Shown: positions 40,980 to 54,535, counted from the stretch's first letter. The stretch is DNA of 64,000 nucleotides from Octopus vulgaris (GCA_951406725.2 OX597818.1:127410001-127474000); one strand, 5' to 3'. Numbers and translations: made by a program. The notes: generated by a model from the letters alone, not told the origin.

Positions 40980-42127
40980 CTTACCATATATTTTTATATT
41001 ACCCATGGTGGCAAAAGTATACTTCCAAAGATACCCATCATATGACATAACACTCATGTAATGATAATAAGGATTTCATATTGATACAAGGCCTCCAATT
41101 TGAAGGTGGGGAGTTAATTGGCATTTCACTATATTTTATCAGCCCTGGAATGATGAAAGGTGAAGTTGGCCTTAACAGGGTTTGAAGTCAGACTGTTAAA
41201 AAAAAACTAAATCAAGTATTACAAATCATTTTAGCCAATGCTCAAATGATTCTGCAAAAAAATAATAATAGGGATTACATTTGATTAGGAACAAGGTCAC
41301 ACTTTGCAGGAGTGCTATGTGTATTTGTATACTATGCCTGGGTCCTCCACATTCGGTGCTTGAGTCTCACTTCGTTTTTATATTGCTATGACTGCCTAAT
41401 TTATTGATACTGGAAAGATAAGAAAAGCCACTCCATCCTACAGGGTATGAATTCAAAATGTAGTGGTTCAAAATACTTAATCTGCTGTTCTATCATTTCT
41501 GCCATCTCACCATTTTTGCTTAAGAATCACTGCACTAACAACAAAAATTTATGACCATTTTCCCTGCTAAAGGAGTAGTAAACATTGTGGTCTTCCTGAT
41601 AGAAGTGTATTCAGTGTGGTTCCCCCCCCCCCACTTTTTTTTTTTTGTGGTATTTTGCAGATGGATACTCTTCCGGTCACACTTTATGTCACTCGTTATG
41701 ATACTCAGAGATACAGAATATTGACTTGTAAAACCAAGATTCAGAGAGTTATTAAAAGTGACATTCATGCAGTAATTGTTTAATCATTGATTTTTAAAAA
41801 ATAATAATACTTCCTTGCTTAAATAATTTATAAGATACCAGAATGGATGTTCAATCAAGCAAGGTCTCAAACAATCAGGGAAACAAACTGGACATATAAA
41901 TAAAAGTGGTACCTAATTTGTTTAACAATTAGTTAACCCTTTAGCTTTCAGATTACTCTGTCAAATGTAATGCTTATTTATTCACCTTGTTTTCAATTAA
42001 CCATGTATTATCTCATTGCTTTGAGAATTCAATGATGTGACTGTATATTTTAAGAACAACATTGTAGGGTAGGTGTGAGAAGCTGGGTTTGGCCAGTTTG
42101 AACATAAACCAGATATGACCAGTTTAA

Positions 42128-42348
42128 CCCTTTAGCATTTAAACCAGCCATATCCGGCCAAAAGTATTCTGCCTGTTTTATGTTCAAACTGGCCATATCT
42201 GGTCTCTCACACCAACCCTACAATATCATCTTAAAAATTAACAGCTACCTCATCAAAATCTCATAGCTACAAGATAATGCATGATTAGTTCAAAACAATG
42301 TGGATGAAGAAGCATTAATTTTGGCAGAATAATGCGAACACTAAAGGG
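42128..42348 (+). mobile_element. piggyBac-type MITE (221 bp) nested in an older, oppositely oriented relative (41937-~42365)
   Basis: TTAA TSDs and CCCTTTAG TIRs. Confidence 0.8.
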
Positions 42349-42657
42349 TTAAATACTAATTGGCTAAAGGAGTCTGGAGAAATGATGGCAACTGATGCTC
42401 AGTAATAGTTTTTTAAATGAATATGAAACCCAACATTGTAACTATTGCATACATGCCAGATACTTATAATGACATAAGTATGATAAAGTTGGATTTAATG
42501 CTAAATTATCATATCCAAATATTTCAGGATACAAAACCTCCTTCAGCTGATATATTAATATTCATGGTTTTAGAAATCATTTTCTTTTTTTTTTTTTTTT
42601 CTTAAATTTAATTTGTTTCTATTTTTAATTCATTTCTTTTTCTTTTTTTTCCTCCAG

Positions 42658-42749
42658 AAATTGGTGTTGGTCTTGCTGGCTTTGGAATAACGTTCCTCTT
42701 CTTAGGAGTTTTATTCTTTTTTGATAAAGGACTGCTAGCATTTGGAAAT
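42658..42749 (+). CDS. GOLT1B: GOLT1B exon 2 (KIGVGLAGFGITFLFLGVLFFFDKGLLAFGN)
   Basis: Long pyrimidine tract + CCAG acceptor, 92 nt, GTAAGT donor. Matches the Got1 motif IGxGLxGFG...FFDKxLLAxGN. Confidence 0.96.
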
Positions 42750-42798
42750 GTAAGTATAAGAGTGAATGTAAAAGGAAGTAAACAGATAAGTAAACATA

Positions 42799-43194
42799 GG
42801 CGCAGGAGTGGCTGTGTGGTAAGTAGCTTGTTTGCCAACCACATGGTTCCGGGTTCAGTCCCCCTGCGTGGCACCTTGGGCAAGTGTCTTCTACTATAGC
42901 CTCGGGCCGACCAAAGCCTTGTGAGTGGATTTGGTAGATGGAAACTGAAAGAAGCCCGTCGTATATATGTATATATATATATGTGCGTGTGTCTGTGTTT
43001 GTCCCCCTAGCATTGCTTAACAACCAATGCTGGTGTGTTTATGTCCCCGTTACTTAGCGGTTCGGCAAAAGAGACCGATGGAATAAGTACTGGGCTTACA
43101 AAAGAATAAGTCCCGGGGTCGAGTTGCTCGATTAAAGGCAGTGCTCCCGCATGGCCGCAGTCAAATGACTGAAACAAGTAAAAGAGTAAAAGAG
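42799..43194 (+). mobile_element. tRNA-derived SINE family B (~400 bp, internal TA/TG tract, GTAAAAGA tail); copies 24602-24998-, 29975-30428+, 36150-36533+, 37719-38121-, 38690-39079+, 43409-43800+, 43834-44203+, 44955-45341+, 46965-47395+, 48383-48796-, 49560-49974-, 59085-59445-
   Basis: TGGCTGTGTGG A box, GGTTCAGTCCC B box, CCTTGGGCAAGTGTC core; many near-identical dispersed copies. Confidence 0.9.
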
Positions 43195-44251
43195 ATATAT
43201 CTCAGTTTCAATGATGAGTATTTTAGGTATTCAGTCTGCTGAATTAGCTTCTAATTAAATAATAGTCTAAATCAGTGACTCTCAACCGGGGTCCATACGG
43301 CCCCTGAGGGTCCTGTTAAAATTTGTGTGCAATAAACTGGTTGTACTTCTACAATACACAAAATATTAAAATTTTTTTTCAATACAGTTCCTAATAATAT
43401 TTCAGTATAGGCGCAGGAGTGGATGTGTGGTAAGTAGCTTGCTAACCAACCACATGGTTCCGGGTTCAGTCCCACTGCGTGGCATCTTGGGCAAGTGTCT
43501 TCTGCTATAGCCCCGGGCCGACCAATGCCTTGTGAGTGGATTTTGTAGACGGAGACTGAAAGAAGCCTGTCGTATATATGTATATATATGTATGTGTGTG
43601 TATGTGTTTGTGTGTCTGTGTTTGTCTCCCTAGCATTGCTTGACAACCGATGCTGGTGTGTTTATGTCCCCGTCACTTAACGGTTCGGCAAAAGAGACCG
43701 ATACAATAAGTACTGGGCTTACAAAGAATAAGTCCCGGGGTCGATTTGCTTGACTAAAGGCGGTGCTCCAGCATGGACGCAGTCTGAAACGAGTAAAGAG
43801 TATAACCAGTACTAAGATTTTTCTTGTACATATAGGCACCATCATGGCTGTATGTTTAAGAAGCTTACTTTGCAACCATGGGGTTTTCAGTTCAGTCCCA
43901 CTGCACAGCACCTTGGGCATGTTTCTTTTACTACAGCCATGAGCCAACCAATGCCTTGTAAATGAATTTGGTGGGCAGAAACTGTATGGGAACCTTTCAT
44001 GTGTGTGTGTTTGCATTTGTCTGTCCCGCTGTTCATTTGTTTATGTCTCTGTACTTCAGTAGTTCAGCAAAATGCGACCATTAGTCTCATTTTGCTGAAA
44101 ATGAGACTAATAAGTACCAGATGTTAAAAGAAAATAAACACTAGGATTATTTTGTTTAACTAAATTGTTCAAGGCAGTAACCTGCATAATGACTGAAACA
44201 AGTATATGTGCGCGTATGTATATGCATATACATATATATATATATATATAT

Positions 44252-44562
44252 ATCACTGTGATCACCATGACCGACCAGGCTATCAGATGTTGCTACACAT
44301 CGCTGGTCACAATGCGCTTCGCATTGTTTTAGCCTCCAAATGACGCCACCCCGCTGGTTAAGCGAGCAGGCCAACAGAAGAAAGAGTGAGAGAAAGTTGT
44401 GGCGAAAGAGTACAGCAGGGATCGCCACCATCCCCTGCCGGAGCCTCGTGGAGTTTTAGGTGTTTTCGCTTAATAAACACTCACAACGCCCGGTCTGGGA
44501 ATCGAAACCGCGATCCTACAACCGTGAGTCTGCTGCCCTAACCACTGGGCCATTGCGCCTCC
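44252..44562 (-). mobile_element. SINE with a family-A head and a third tail type
   Basis: 44375-44562 matches the family-A 5' half; 44252-44372 is an unrelated tail; flanked by (TA)n. Confidence 0.7.
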
Positions 44563-44928
44563 ATATATATATATATATATATTTATATATACACATACAT
44601 ATATGTGTATATATATATACACATACATATATATATATATAGAGATACCCTTCGCTTATGAATGACCATGGGGTTGCACCTACAAAGTTACCCTCCGAGG
44701 CACAAGTCCAGGCAAGGTTGTTTATGGAAGACCAGCAGTCGCCCATGCGTACCAGCCATAAAGCTTGGCACCAGTGCTGTTGCAACTCATTTCTACAGCT
44801 GAGTGAACTGAAGCAACATGAAATAAAGTGTCTTGCTCAAGAACACAACACGCAACCTGGTCTGGGAAATGAACTCACAACATCACGATTGTAAGCTCAA
44901 CGCTCTAACCACTGAGCCATGTGCCTTC

Positions 44929-44959
<31 letters not shown>

Positions 44960-45102
44960 GTAAGTAGCTTGTCTACCAACCACATGGTTCCGGGTTCAGT
45001 CCCACTGCGTGGCACCTTGGGCAAGTGTCTTCTACTATAGCCTCGGGCCAACTAAAGCCTTGTGAGTGGATTTGGTAGACGGAAACTGAAAAGAAGCCCG
45101 TC

Positions 45103-45139
<37 letters not shown>

Positions 45140-45849
45140 TGTGTGTGTCTGTGTTTGTCCCCCTAGCATTGCTTGACAACTGATGCTGGTGTGCTTATGT
45201 CCCCGTTACTTAGCAGTTTGGCAAAAGAGACCAATAGAATAAGTACTGGGCTTACAAAAAGAATAAGTCCCGGGGTCGAGTTGCTCAATTAAAGGCGGTG
45301 CTCCAGCATGGCCGCAGTCAAATGACTGAAACAAGTAAAAGTGTATATTAGTAGTAGTAAAATGGGTGGCTTATTAGCAATTAGAGCCTAAAGACAAAAT
45401 TAATAGAGGTCACAAAAATGACGGAGGGTGGTGACCAGCACCGCTTATGCTAAAAACAAGAGTTAAATTAACTCTAAACTCACTAAAGTACCCCCTTTTA
45501 TGACCTCTATTAATTTTGTCTTCAGGTTCAAATTGCCAATAAGCCACCCTTTTAATTTATTGTTTACACTTTCACTATTTGGAAAATCAGCATATGATTT
45601 AAACCATGTTTCTTATATGATTGACAAGGGAAGTTGTGTTTAACCCTTGGCGTTAAGAGCTGCTGGTGAGAATTAAGGTGTTCTACACCAAATTTCGAAA
45701 CTGCAATGTGGCTATGTACGCTAGGGATTTACCTCCCTTTGTCAGTCATTAATCTAGCCCTTCAGTGATTTTAGAGTTAATTCAACTCTTGTTTTTAGCA
45801 TAAGCAGTGCTGGCCAGCATCCCCCATCACTTTTGTGACATACATACAT

Positions 45850-45880
<31 letters not shown>

Positions 45881-46061
45881 TACAAAATAAGAAAATGGAG
45901 AAATACATCTAAATCAATAATCAACTACCAGATAATACCCAATCACATAATTTATCAAACCACTACATATGAACATTAAGGTCAAACTAGCAGTATATTG
46001 GATATATGTTATCCCATGGTGGGTTGCACTCACAACCCCTATCTCAATTTGTATAATAAAA

Positions 46062-46392
46062 TAACAATAATAATAATAATAATGAAATTTTTGTATACAG
46101 TGCTCAGGTGCACCACAACTTGTCAGAAAGTGCATATAAAGTACATGCAATAATGTAAAAATGTCTGGAAAGCGAACAATGTATGAGTCAGATACATCCT
46201 TGTGTGTGTATGGAGGGGAGAAAATCAGGTGTAGTGTTGGCGAATCTCAGAAAGCATGGAAGTTTTGAAGGATGCAGTGCTCCGACAACTAACAACTGAT
46301 GCCGGCAGTTTGTTCCATGCTTCAGCAGCTCTCAGCGTGAAAAAATGTTTCCTGAAGTCATGGGAGCTGTGCTGTTTTCTGACTTTGTAAAT
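46062..46392 (-). mobile_element. CR1/L2-type LINE 3' end, ~90 bp upstream of GOLT1B exon 3
   Basis: RKHFFTLRAAEAWNKLPASVVSCRSTASFK...; (ATT)n tail. Confidence 0.8.
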
Positions 46393-46479
46393 ATATTTGT
46401 ATATATATATATACAGATATTTCTTAGACAACGTACTTAATGACTGATGATTTATCAATATATTTTCTTTCTTTTCTAG

Positions 46480-46658
46480 ATACTATTTATAAGTGGCTTG
46501 GGGTGTGTCATTGGGCTGGAGAGAACTTTTCGATTCTTCTTTCAACGACACAAGGTGAAGGCAACTGGTTTCTTTGTAATTGGTATACTTATTGTACTTA
46601 TCGGCTGGCCAGTCATTGGCATGTGCTTAGAAATGTATGGATTCTTCTTATTATTTAG
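46480..46658 (+). CDS. GOLT1B: GOLT1B exon 3 (ILFISGLGCVIGLERTFRFFFQRHKVKATGFFVIGILIVLIGWPVIGMCLEMYGFFLLF-S)
   Basis: TTTTCTAG acceptor, 179 nt, GTAAGT donor. Carries the hallmark IGLERTFRFFFQ and GWPxIG motifs. Confidence 0.97.
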
Positions 46659-46880
46659 GTAAGTTCATAAATTTTTTTGCACCTAAATCCCATATACTCA
46701 CTATAATACATCTTGTCTATGTTCTAGTTATAGGCATTATTTTTCACCGAGAACAAATTTTCAGTACAATTCACTTGAACTTGCCTCCCTTGCATATAGC
46801 ATGATGCTAGAGTTAAGTCCCTTTATTGATATTTAATTTGCATATTTAGGGTCTTTCCTTTACAAGGTTTTCAGTACATC

Positions 46881-47129
46881 TACGAGGTGTTGCAAAGTTC
46901 CTGGCTTTGAGTAAAAAAAAATACTGGAGGATCAGTTAATTATGATTTTATTCGACATATTCAAGGCGCAGGAGTGGCTGTGTGGTAAGTAGTTTGCTTA
47001 CCAACCACATGGTCCCGGGTTCAGTCCCACTGCGTGGCACCTTAGGCAAGTGTCTTTTACTATAGCCTCGGGCCGACCAAAGCCTTGTGAGTGGATTTGG
47101 TAGACGGAAACTGAAAGAAGCCCGTCGTA

Positions 47130-47184
<55 letters not shown>

Positions 47185-47538
47185 ATATGTTTGTGTGTCT
47201 GTGTTTGTCCCCCCAACATCACTTGACAACCAATGCTGATGTGTTTACGTCCCCGTAACTCAGCGGTTCGGTAAAAGGAGCCCGATAGAATAAGTACTAG
47301 GCTTACAATGAATAAGTCCTGGGGTCGATTTGCTCGACTAAAGGCGGTACTCCAGCATGGCCGCAGTCAAATGACTGAAACAAGTAAAATAGTAAATTCT
47401 CCTCTCAGATTCACACACTTATTGCAGCGGTTCTTCAGTTTTTTTTTTAAGCCTCGTAAAAGAACTCAGAAGGTTGGGTCTCCAACCAGCCCTTTCATGG
47501 CACTTTTAAAGCCAGGAATTTTTCAGCACCCCATCGTA
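46881..47538 (-). mobile_element. Mariner MITE (same family as 4498) interrupted by SINE-B
   Basis: TACGAGGTGTTGCAAAGTTCCTGGC ... GCCAGGAATTTTTCAGCACCCCATCGTA termini. Confidence 0.65.
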
Positions 47539-47569
47539 GAAGGTTCGGTAATACAGTCTTCATATTAGA

Positions 47570-48345
47570 CTAAGTTCTGGAACAGCAATGTTAAATCTGT
47601 CTTAATGTATGACCAAGAAAGTTATTAAGTAGTGGATGGAAGCACTCCGTCGGTTACGACGATGAGGGATCTGGTTGATCCGAATCAACGGAACAGCCTG
47701 CTCGTGAAATTAACGTGTAAGTGGCTGAGCACTCCACAGACACGTGCACCCTTAACGTAGTTCTCGGCGATATTCAGCGTGACACAGAGAGTGACAAGGC
47801 CGGCCCTTTGAAATACAGGTACAACAGAAACAGGAAGTAAGGATGAGAGAAAGTTGTGGTGAAGGAGTACAGCAGGGATCACCACCATCCCCTGCCGGAG
47901 CCTCGTGGAGCTTTTAGGTGTTTTCGCCCAATAAACACTCACAACGCCCGGTCTGGGAATCGAAACCGCGATCCTATGACCGCGAGTCCGCTGCCCTAAC
48001 CACTGGGCCATTGCGCCTCCACTTATTAAGTAGTAAAAGGAGGTCTAAATAAGATCAATATTTTCTACAGATGGCACATGAAGAAAACCTGCCACATCTT
48101 CTGGTTCAGCAAAATGTCAGATAAGGAGTCATACTGTGAAACTTGTTGCTGTAGTGTAAATCCTTGAAACAAAACATCTATAGCTCTGATGGCTGGGCCA
48201 CACGCAGGATGGATTGGATTAGGATACCAAAGGTAGCATTGAGACTGACATCTTTTGGAAAGTGAAAGCCTGCATGGCCAAAGAACTCCTGATATAGAGA
48301 AGCTGAAATGAACCAAGGAGATGGGTCTTACATGAAGCAAAGCAG
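47570..48345 (+). mobile_element. Decayed RTE-type LINE fragment split by SINE-A
   Basis: VKSVLMYDQES before, and WLGHT...RIPKVAL after, a SINE with 12-bp TSD TTATTAAGTAGT. Confidence 0.55.
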
Positions 48346-48600
48346 AGAGAGTTGCTTAACACTATTTAATAGAATGCAAGAGTTTACTCTTTTATTTTAT
48401 TCTTTTACTTGTTTCAGTCATTTGACTGCGGCCATGCTGGAGCACCGCCTTTAATCGAGCAACTCAACCCCGGGACTTATTCTTTTGTAAGCCCAGTACT
48501 TACACTATCGGTCTCTTTTGCCAAACCGCTAAGTAACGGGGACATAAACACATCAGCATCGGTTGTCAAGCAATGCTAGGGGACAAACACAGATACACAA

Positions 48601-48631
<31 letters not shown>

Positions 48632-49240
48632 CATATATACGACGGGCTTCTTTCAGTTTCCGTCTACCAAATCCACTCACAAGGCTTTTGTCGGCCCAAG
48701 TAGAAGACACTTGCCCAAGGTGCCACGCAGTGGGACTGAACCCGGAACCGTGTGGTTGGTAGACAAGCTACTTACCACACAGCCACTCCTGCACCTATTT
48801 GTTTGTTTAACATCTTAAAATATATTTAAAGAAATATCTTTGAGAGAAGACATAACAGTATGGATTAAAATATTTGAAAATGATACAGTAATTGAAAGAA
48901 GCTATATCAGTTTTGAAGAGCTGGGTTTCTGGTGGTCAAACACTACCTCAAATCAGGGTTGATTTTCAGTGTAGGATATGTTAAAAAGAGTCCCTTTATT
49001 GCTTAGCCAACAAAGAAATGCCGAGCCCAATTAATACTCTTACAAAGTCTTTGACACTAGTGAGAGGAGAGGAGGAAAGTATCCTCAAACTGTGCTGAAT
49101 GCTGGCAACAGACTACTCTAATCCTAAAGATATAGATACTAAGAGCTTAATTCAGCTATTTTTCTCTTTTTACATTAACATTCTAATGTTGTATGTGATA
49201 TAACAACCAGTAAAATACTATCTTTTTTTTTTTTATACAG

Positions 49241-49322
49241 TGGTTTCTTCCCAGTTGCTGTAAATTTTCTGCGTCGTGTACCTATAATTGGCACTGTTCT
49301 CAATCTACCAGGAATTAGTTCT
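49241..49322 (+). CDS. GOLT1B: GOLT1B exon 4 (S-GFFPVAVNFLRRVPIIGTVLNLPGISS)
   Basis: Poly-T + ACAG acceptor, 82 nt, GTAAGT donor. GFFP...RRVP...LNLPGI motif. Confidence 0.96.
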
Positions 49323-49759
49323 GTAAGTATCTCTATTTTTTATACATGGATGTATGTTTTAGCACTCCGGTTACTCTTGATCATCCCATCTCTTTTTGAA
49401 ATATATTGTATCAATGACTATATTATCCAATATGTTCTTTCTTTCTTGTAGACGACAGCTAGTATGATTTGATAGAGTTTTGGTTATTTTGGCTGTAGTT
49501 TGTGGAATTACAAACGATGACCTACAGACTGGGTCTTGTGTGTGATTATGTGTGACAACTTTACTCTTTTACTTGTTTCAGTCATTTGACTGCGGCCATG
49601 CTGGAGCACCGCCTTTAGTCGAGCAACTCGACCCCGGGACTTATTCTTTGTAAGCCCAGTATTCTATCGGTCTCTTTTGCCGAACCGCTAAGTGACGGGG
49701 ACATAAACACACCAGCATCGGTTGTCAAGCAATGCTAGGGGGACAAACACAGACACACG

Positions 49760-49809
<50 letters not shown>

Positions 49810-51263
49810 TACGACGGGCTTCTTTCAGTTTCCGTCTACCAAATCCACTCACAAGGCTTTGGTCGACCTGAGGCTATAGTAGAAGACACTTGCCCAAGGT
49901 GCCATGCGGTGGGACTGAACCCAGAACCATGTGGTTGGTAAGCAAGCTACTTACCACACAGCCACTCCTGCGCCATCTTTTCTTCAAAATTTGGGCAGGT
50001 TTCATTCTGGAGAAACCCAGCATGTGGAAAAGCAAACATTACAGTAAATCAAATATTCTAAAACTAATCCAAGCTTTACTCGTTAATGAATTCATTAGAT
50101 GAAAAAAATCTGTCTATAAATTAACTTAAATCAACAAGTCATATTTTTCCTTCTTGTTATGAAATTTGGAACAAAGCTTACTCTGTATTTGAAGATGATC
50201 AGAAATCTTGATGTAAGCAGAATTTAATGCACCATTCTCATCATCATTGTTTTACATCTGCTTTTCATGCTGGCATGGGTTGGATAGGTTGTAGCTGCTC
50301 TTGTAGATGGGTCAGGGGACCATAGCCTGCTCGTAAGTTTTATTTTTGGCTTGGTTTTTATGGTTACATGCCCTTCTGACACCAACTACTTTACAAAGCT
50401 TACTGGGTGCATTTTTTCCTGACACCAACATTTGAGAGGACAAAAGGGAGACAGTGATGGATGTCAATACTAGATGGCCGGGGAGAGAGATGTATGAAGG
50501 ACATGCAGATTTGATAAAGTTACTTAAGTATATACTTCACGATGTTGAGAGAGCTAGGATAAAATTAAGAGGATCATACAGGTCCCATGACCTCCCTAGA
50601 GGATCATACATTGCTCCCATGACTGGAAGCAATGTAGGATGAACCAAAGAGACCCACTGTTATACTTAGTCACATCAGCAGCATACATTCGTAAAAGATT
50701 ATTTTATTGGAAAATGCTGAATATGCTTTCAGAATATTTTTTGCTGTGATAGACTTAATCCTGGTGTAACCCCATCACCAGGCCCTTCAGTACATTTAGC
50801 AGTCCACCACTCTATTAAAAGCATTCAGACTAGGTTTCTAGTCTGAAAATTTCCCGTGTGTAAGGATTTCTTTGTTATTTTTCTTCCATTGATCTTGAAA
50901 ACTCTACAAAGAAAAGATCTTTGGCACTGCCCTGCCTTCTCTGACCAAGCTATAAATATTAAATCTGTTGTGAAAAAGCAAAGGTATTCCTCTATCAACC
51001 TAGCAAGTAGGTAAACTAATACAACCTGTAAGTTTAGGTTAAGAGGATGAACAAAGTATTTCAGTTGGATTAAACATAAAATTAAGATCAACTATGCAAT
51101 GTTAAGAATATGGTGGCCAATAATATCTTTGGTACATATAGGAAATATATCTCATGTTTGGGATCTTCAGCAGAATCATAACCCTGCAGTACTTACTGAA
51201 ATGTTTGTCAATGAGTCAGAATTACTGAAAGCAAGGTGGAAGGTGTGATGTAAAAGTGTTTAA

Positions 51264-51484
51264 CCCTTTAGTGTTCGCATTATTCTGCCAAAATTAATCC
51301 ATTTTTATCCACATTGTTTTGAACTAATCATGCATTATCTTGTAGTTATGAGATTCTGATGAGGTAGCTGTTAATTTTTAAAACGATATTGTAGGGTTGG
51401 TGTGAGAGACCAGATCTGGCCAGTTTGAACATAAAACAGGCAGAATACTTTTGGCCGGATATGGCTGGTTTAAATGCTAAAGGG
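51264..51484 (-). mobile_element. piggyBac-type MITE (221 bp)
   Basis: TTAA TSDs; reverse complement of the 42128 copy. Confidence 0.85.
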
Positions 51485-51854
51485 TTAAAAAATGAGGTAA
51501 TATTAAGAATCCAGAGAAGCTTGTGGTAGTTAATCCATAAAAATTCAAAGAAAAGTACAATTTACTTAGAGGATTGACGAAGTCAGTGTTTCAGAAACTT
51601 GTATATTTTTGAAGAGAAAGAATATTGAGGCTAACAGCACAGTTGCAAAAAGGCACTAGGGGAAAGAAAGAGTAACTTGGAAAGGTGGGTGAAACAGTGT
51701 GATTAGCATGAGAGGATTTGACAATAAGCGTAAACCAGTGTCAACAATGGTTCCTGAAATTCTGAACCAGAAACTACAGCCTAAAAGATAAGACTCGTTC
51801 TGGAAGATCTGTAGAGCTTGACAAGGATGTCCTGCTAACCCTAGAGGAACAAAA

Positions 51855-52685
51855 TCCACTGTTGAGGAACTAGCAGAGAAGCTTTGATTTGGTCATTCAA
51901 CCATCCATCAACACCTGCGTGTCATCAGCAAATTGGATCGATGGGTTTCTCACAAACTTTCTGAGTCTAATCATGTGCAGAGTGAATGTGTGCTCTTTTT
52001 GCTTTTACGCCCCACGAATGAACCATTTTTGGACCAAATAGTGACTGGTGGTGAGAAGTGGGTCCTCTATAAATATGTCCAGTACCGAAGACAGTGGGTA
52101 GGGAAAGGAGAAACACCGGCACCCCGGGCTAAAGAAGGTCTTCACCCAAGTATGGTGTTGTTATTGGTTTGGTGGGATATGAAAGATTTAGTTCACTTTG
52201 AACTTTTAAACCCAAATCAAACAATAACAAAGATCTACTGCAAGCAGCTTAAGTCAGCACTGGAAGAAAAATGACCCATCTTTGGTTTCAAGGTGAAAGG
52301 TGTTCTTCCATCAGGATAATGCTTGACCACATGCAGCAAGAATGACATTCCAAAGGCTGGAGCAGTTTGGATGGGAAACGATGCCCCACCCACCATATTT
52401 GCCAGACATTGCCCCATCTGATTGTCATTTATTCTACATTTATTCAATCATTTTGACAGAAAAAATATGAATTCTGTAGACGAGGTCAGAACAGTACTGG
52501 AGGAGTTTTTTTGTCACAGACGAGTGAATTTTGGAAGGGGATCCTTGCAAGTCTACCAAATAGATGGAAGAGCATTGTAGAAAATGAAGGAGTGTATATT
52601 TTAGATTAAAAAAGAACTTTGTTTATCTTAATTTTGAAAAATAAAGCAGTATAAAAAAAACTGCATTATTTAGGGGACAACCCAA
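51855..52685 (+). mobile_element. 5'-truncated mariner (DD34D) fossil in GOLT1B intron 4
   Basis: WVSHKL, IVTGGEKW, HQDNA*PH...HPPYLPDIAPSD (34 aa between the Ds). Right TIR ...GGACAACCCAA followed by TA. Confidence 0.85.
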
Positions 52686-52849
52686 TATATATAACTAAAG
52701 CAGAAATTTAGTTGTGAGAGTTGCAGATAGATTTATTTTCCTATATGACTTTCATATGCTTACAGCCATTTCATATCCTTCCCCATGTAGTATTCATTTC
52801 ATTATGAATATACAATTGTATTGTATAATGCTGAGCAAACATGTTGATG

Positions 52850-53300
52850 CAAGGATGGAAGAAATTTAGAGAGCTATTACCTCTATTGGCAAAGTGAAAG
52901 GCAGATTGTATGATGCTTGTTTATGAATGGCTATGCTCCATGGTAGTGAGATCTGGGCCCTGAATGCAGATGTCATGTGTATTCTGGAGGGGAATGAAGC
53001 TAGTATGCTCCGATGGATGTGCAACATCAGTGTGCATATATGACAAAGTGCAAATGCACTAAGAGAAATGTTGGGCATAAAATGAATCAGATGTAGCATG
53101 CAAGAGAGATTACATTTGTTTAGACATGTGATGCGTAAAAAAGTACTGATCACTTCATGTGGATAGCACTTGTGGAAGAGGGAGACCCAGGAAGACATGG
53201 GGTGAAGTAGTGATGACCAATCTCAAGATACAGGGCCTCATGGAGGATTTGACAATCAACCAAGATATCAGGCAATATGAGGTTCTTGAAAAGACCCACT
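52850..53300 (+). mobile_element. RTE-clade LINE 3' ORF fragment
   Basis: KVKGRLYDAC..MLHGSEIW, EASMLRWMCN, CGRGRPRKTW. Confidence 0.8.
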
Positions 53301-53931
53301 CACCTCAGTGAAACTGAGTTCTGAAAGACCTTTATATTCCACCCACATGTAACATTAATTCACACACCCTACCCCCAATGAATCAAGCTACATCTCTTCT
53401 TCAGGCAGTCTGTCATCTTTTTCTCTTGGCCTTCCCTGGCCAACTATATATCACTTTTCTGTTGCTCCTCTATATAGCCCATGCTTCATCAATCACAGCA
53501 TTCTCCCCTTTCGCCTCCTTCCCCTTTTTGACCCTTTGTGAACTCCTTATTCATGCACTCTGTGCAATTTTCTACCATTCCATTCATTTACACATCTTTG
53601 TATCTTGAGAGTACACCATGGAATCAATATGTGTGCTCAGCATTATACAGTACAACTCTATATTTACAAATTAATGCAAATAAAGAAAGCTAACTCTTCA
53701 GATCACTAAAACATCATGCTTTTCATATACAATTCATCATTATCATCATCATCATCATTTAGCGTCTGCTTTCCAAGCTGGCATAGGTTAGACATGGTAA
53801 GCCGGGGAGCTGAACCAAATTTGGCATGGTTTTTGCTGCTGGATGGCCTTCCTAATGCCAACCACTCCAAGTGTGTAATGGGTGCTTTTTATGTGCCACC
53901 AGCATGGGTGCCACTTACATGACATTGGCAT

Positions 53932-54535
53932 TGGCCACAACTACCATTTCCCTTGGCTTGACAAGTCTTCTGAAGCATAGCATATCGCCAAAGGTTTTGG
54001 TCAATTGTCATTGCCTCTGTGAGGCCCAACATTCAAAGATCATACTTCACCACCTCATTCCATGTTTTCCTGGGTCTACCTCTTCCACAGCTGTCCTCAT
54101 CGGCCACAGCTACAATTTTATTTGGCTTGATGGGTCCTCTCTAGCACAGCATATTGCCAAAGGTCTCTGTCACTTGTCATTGCCTCCGTAAGGCCCAACA
54201 TTCAAAGATCATACTTCACCACCTCATTCCATGTTTTCCTGAGTCTACCTCTTCCACAGCTGTCCTCATTGGCCACTGCTACAATTTTATTTGGCTTGAT
54301 GGGTCCTCTCTAGCACAGCATATTGCCAAAGGTCTCGGTCATTTGTCATTGCCTCCATAAGGCCCAACATTCAAAGATCATACTTCACCACATCATCCCA
54401 TGTCTTCCTGAGTCTACCTCTTCCACAGCTGTCCTCATCGGCCACAGCTACAATTTTATTTGGCTTGATGGGTCCTCTCTAGCACAGCATATTGCCAAAG
54501 GTCTCGGTCACTTGTCATTGCCTCCATAAGGCCCC
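53932..54535 (-). repeat. 169-bp tandem repeat (~3.6 units) derived from an RTE ORF C-terminus
   Basis: Units start at ~53932, 54102, 54271 and 54440. Minus strand of the first unit encodes CGRGRPRKTWNEVVKYDL. Confidence 0.8.

Noticed and set aside
36176-49941. Recurrent small ORFs such as MSSNARGTNTD...EPCGW and MVVIPAVLFHH...RLFR
   Set aside because: Translations of SINE-B and SINE-A copies, not a gene family.
53932-54535. CRISPR-like array
   Set aside because: Head-to-tail 169-bp units without unique spacers; eukaryotic and RTE-derived.
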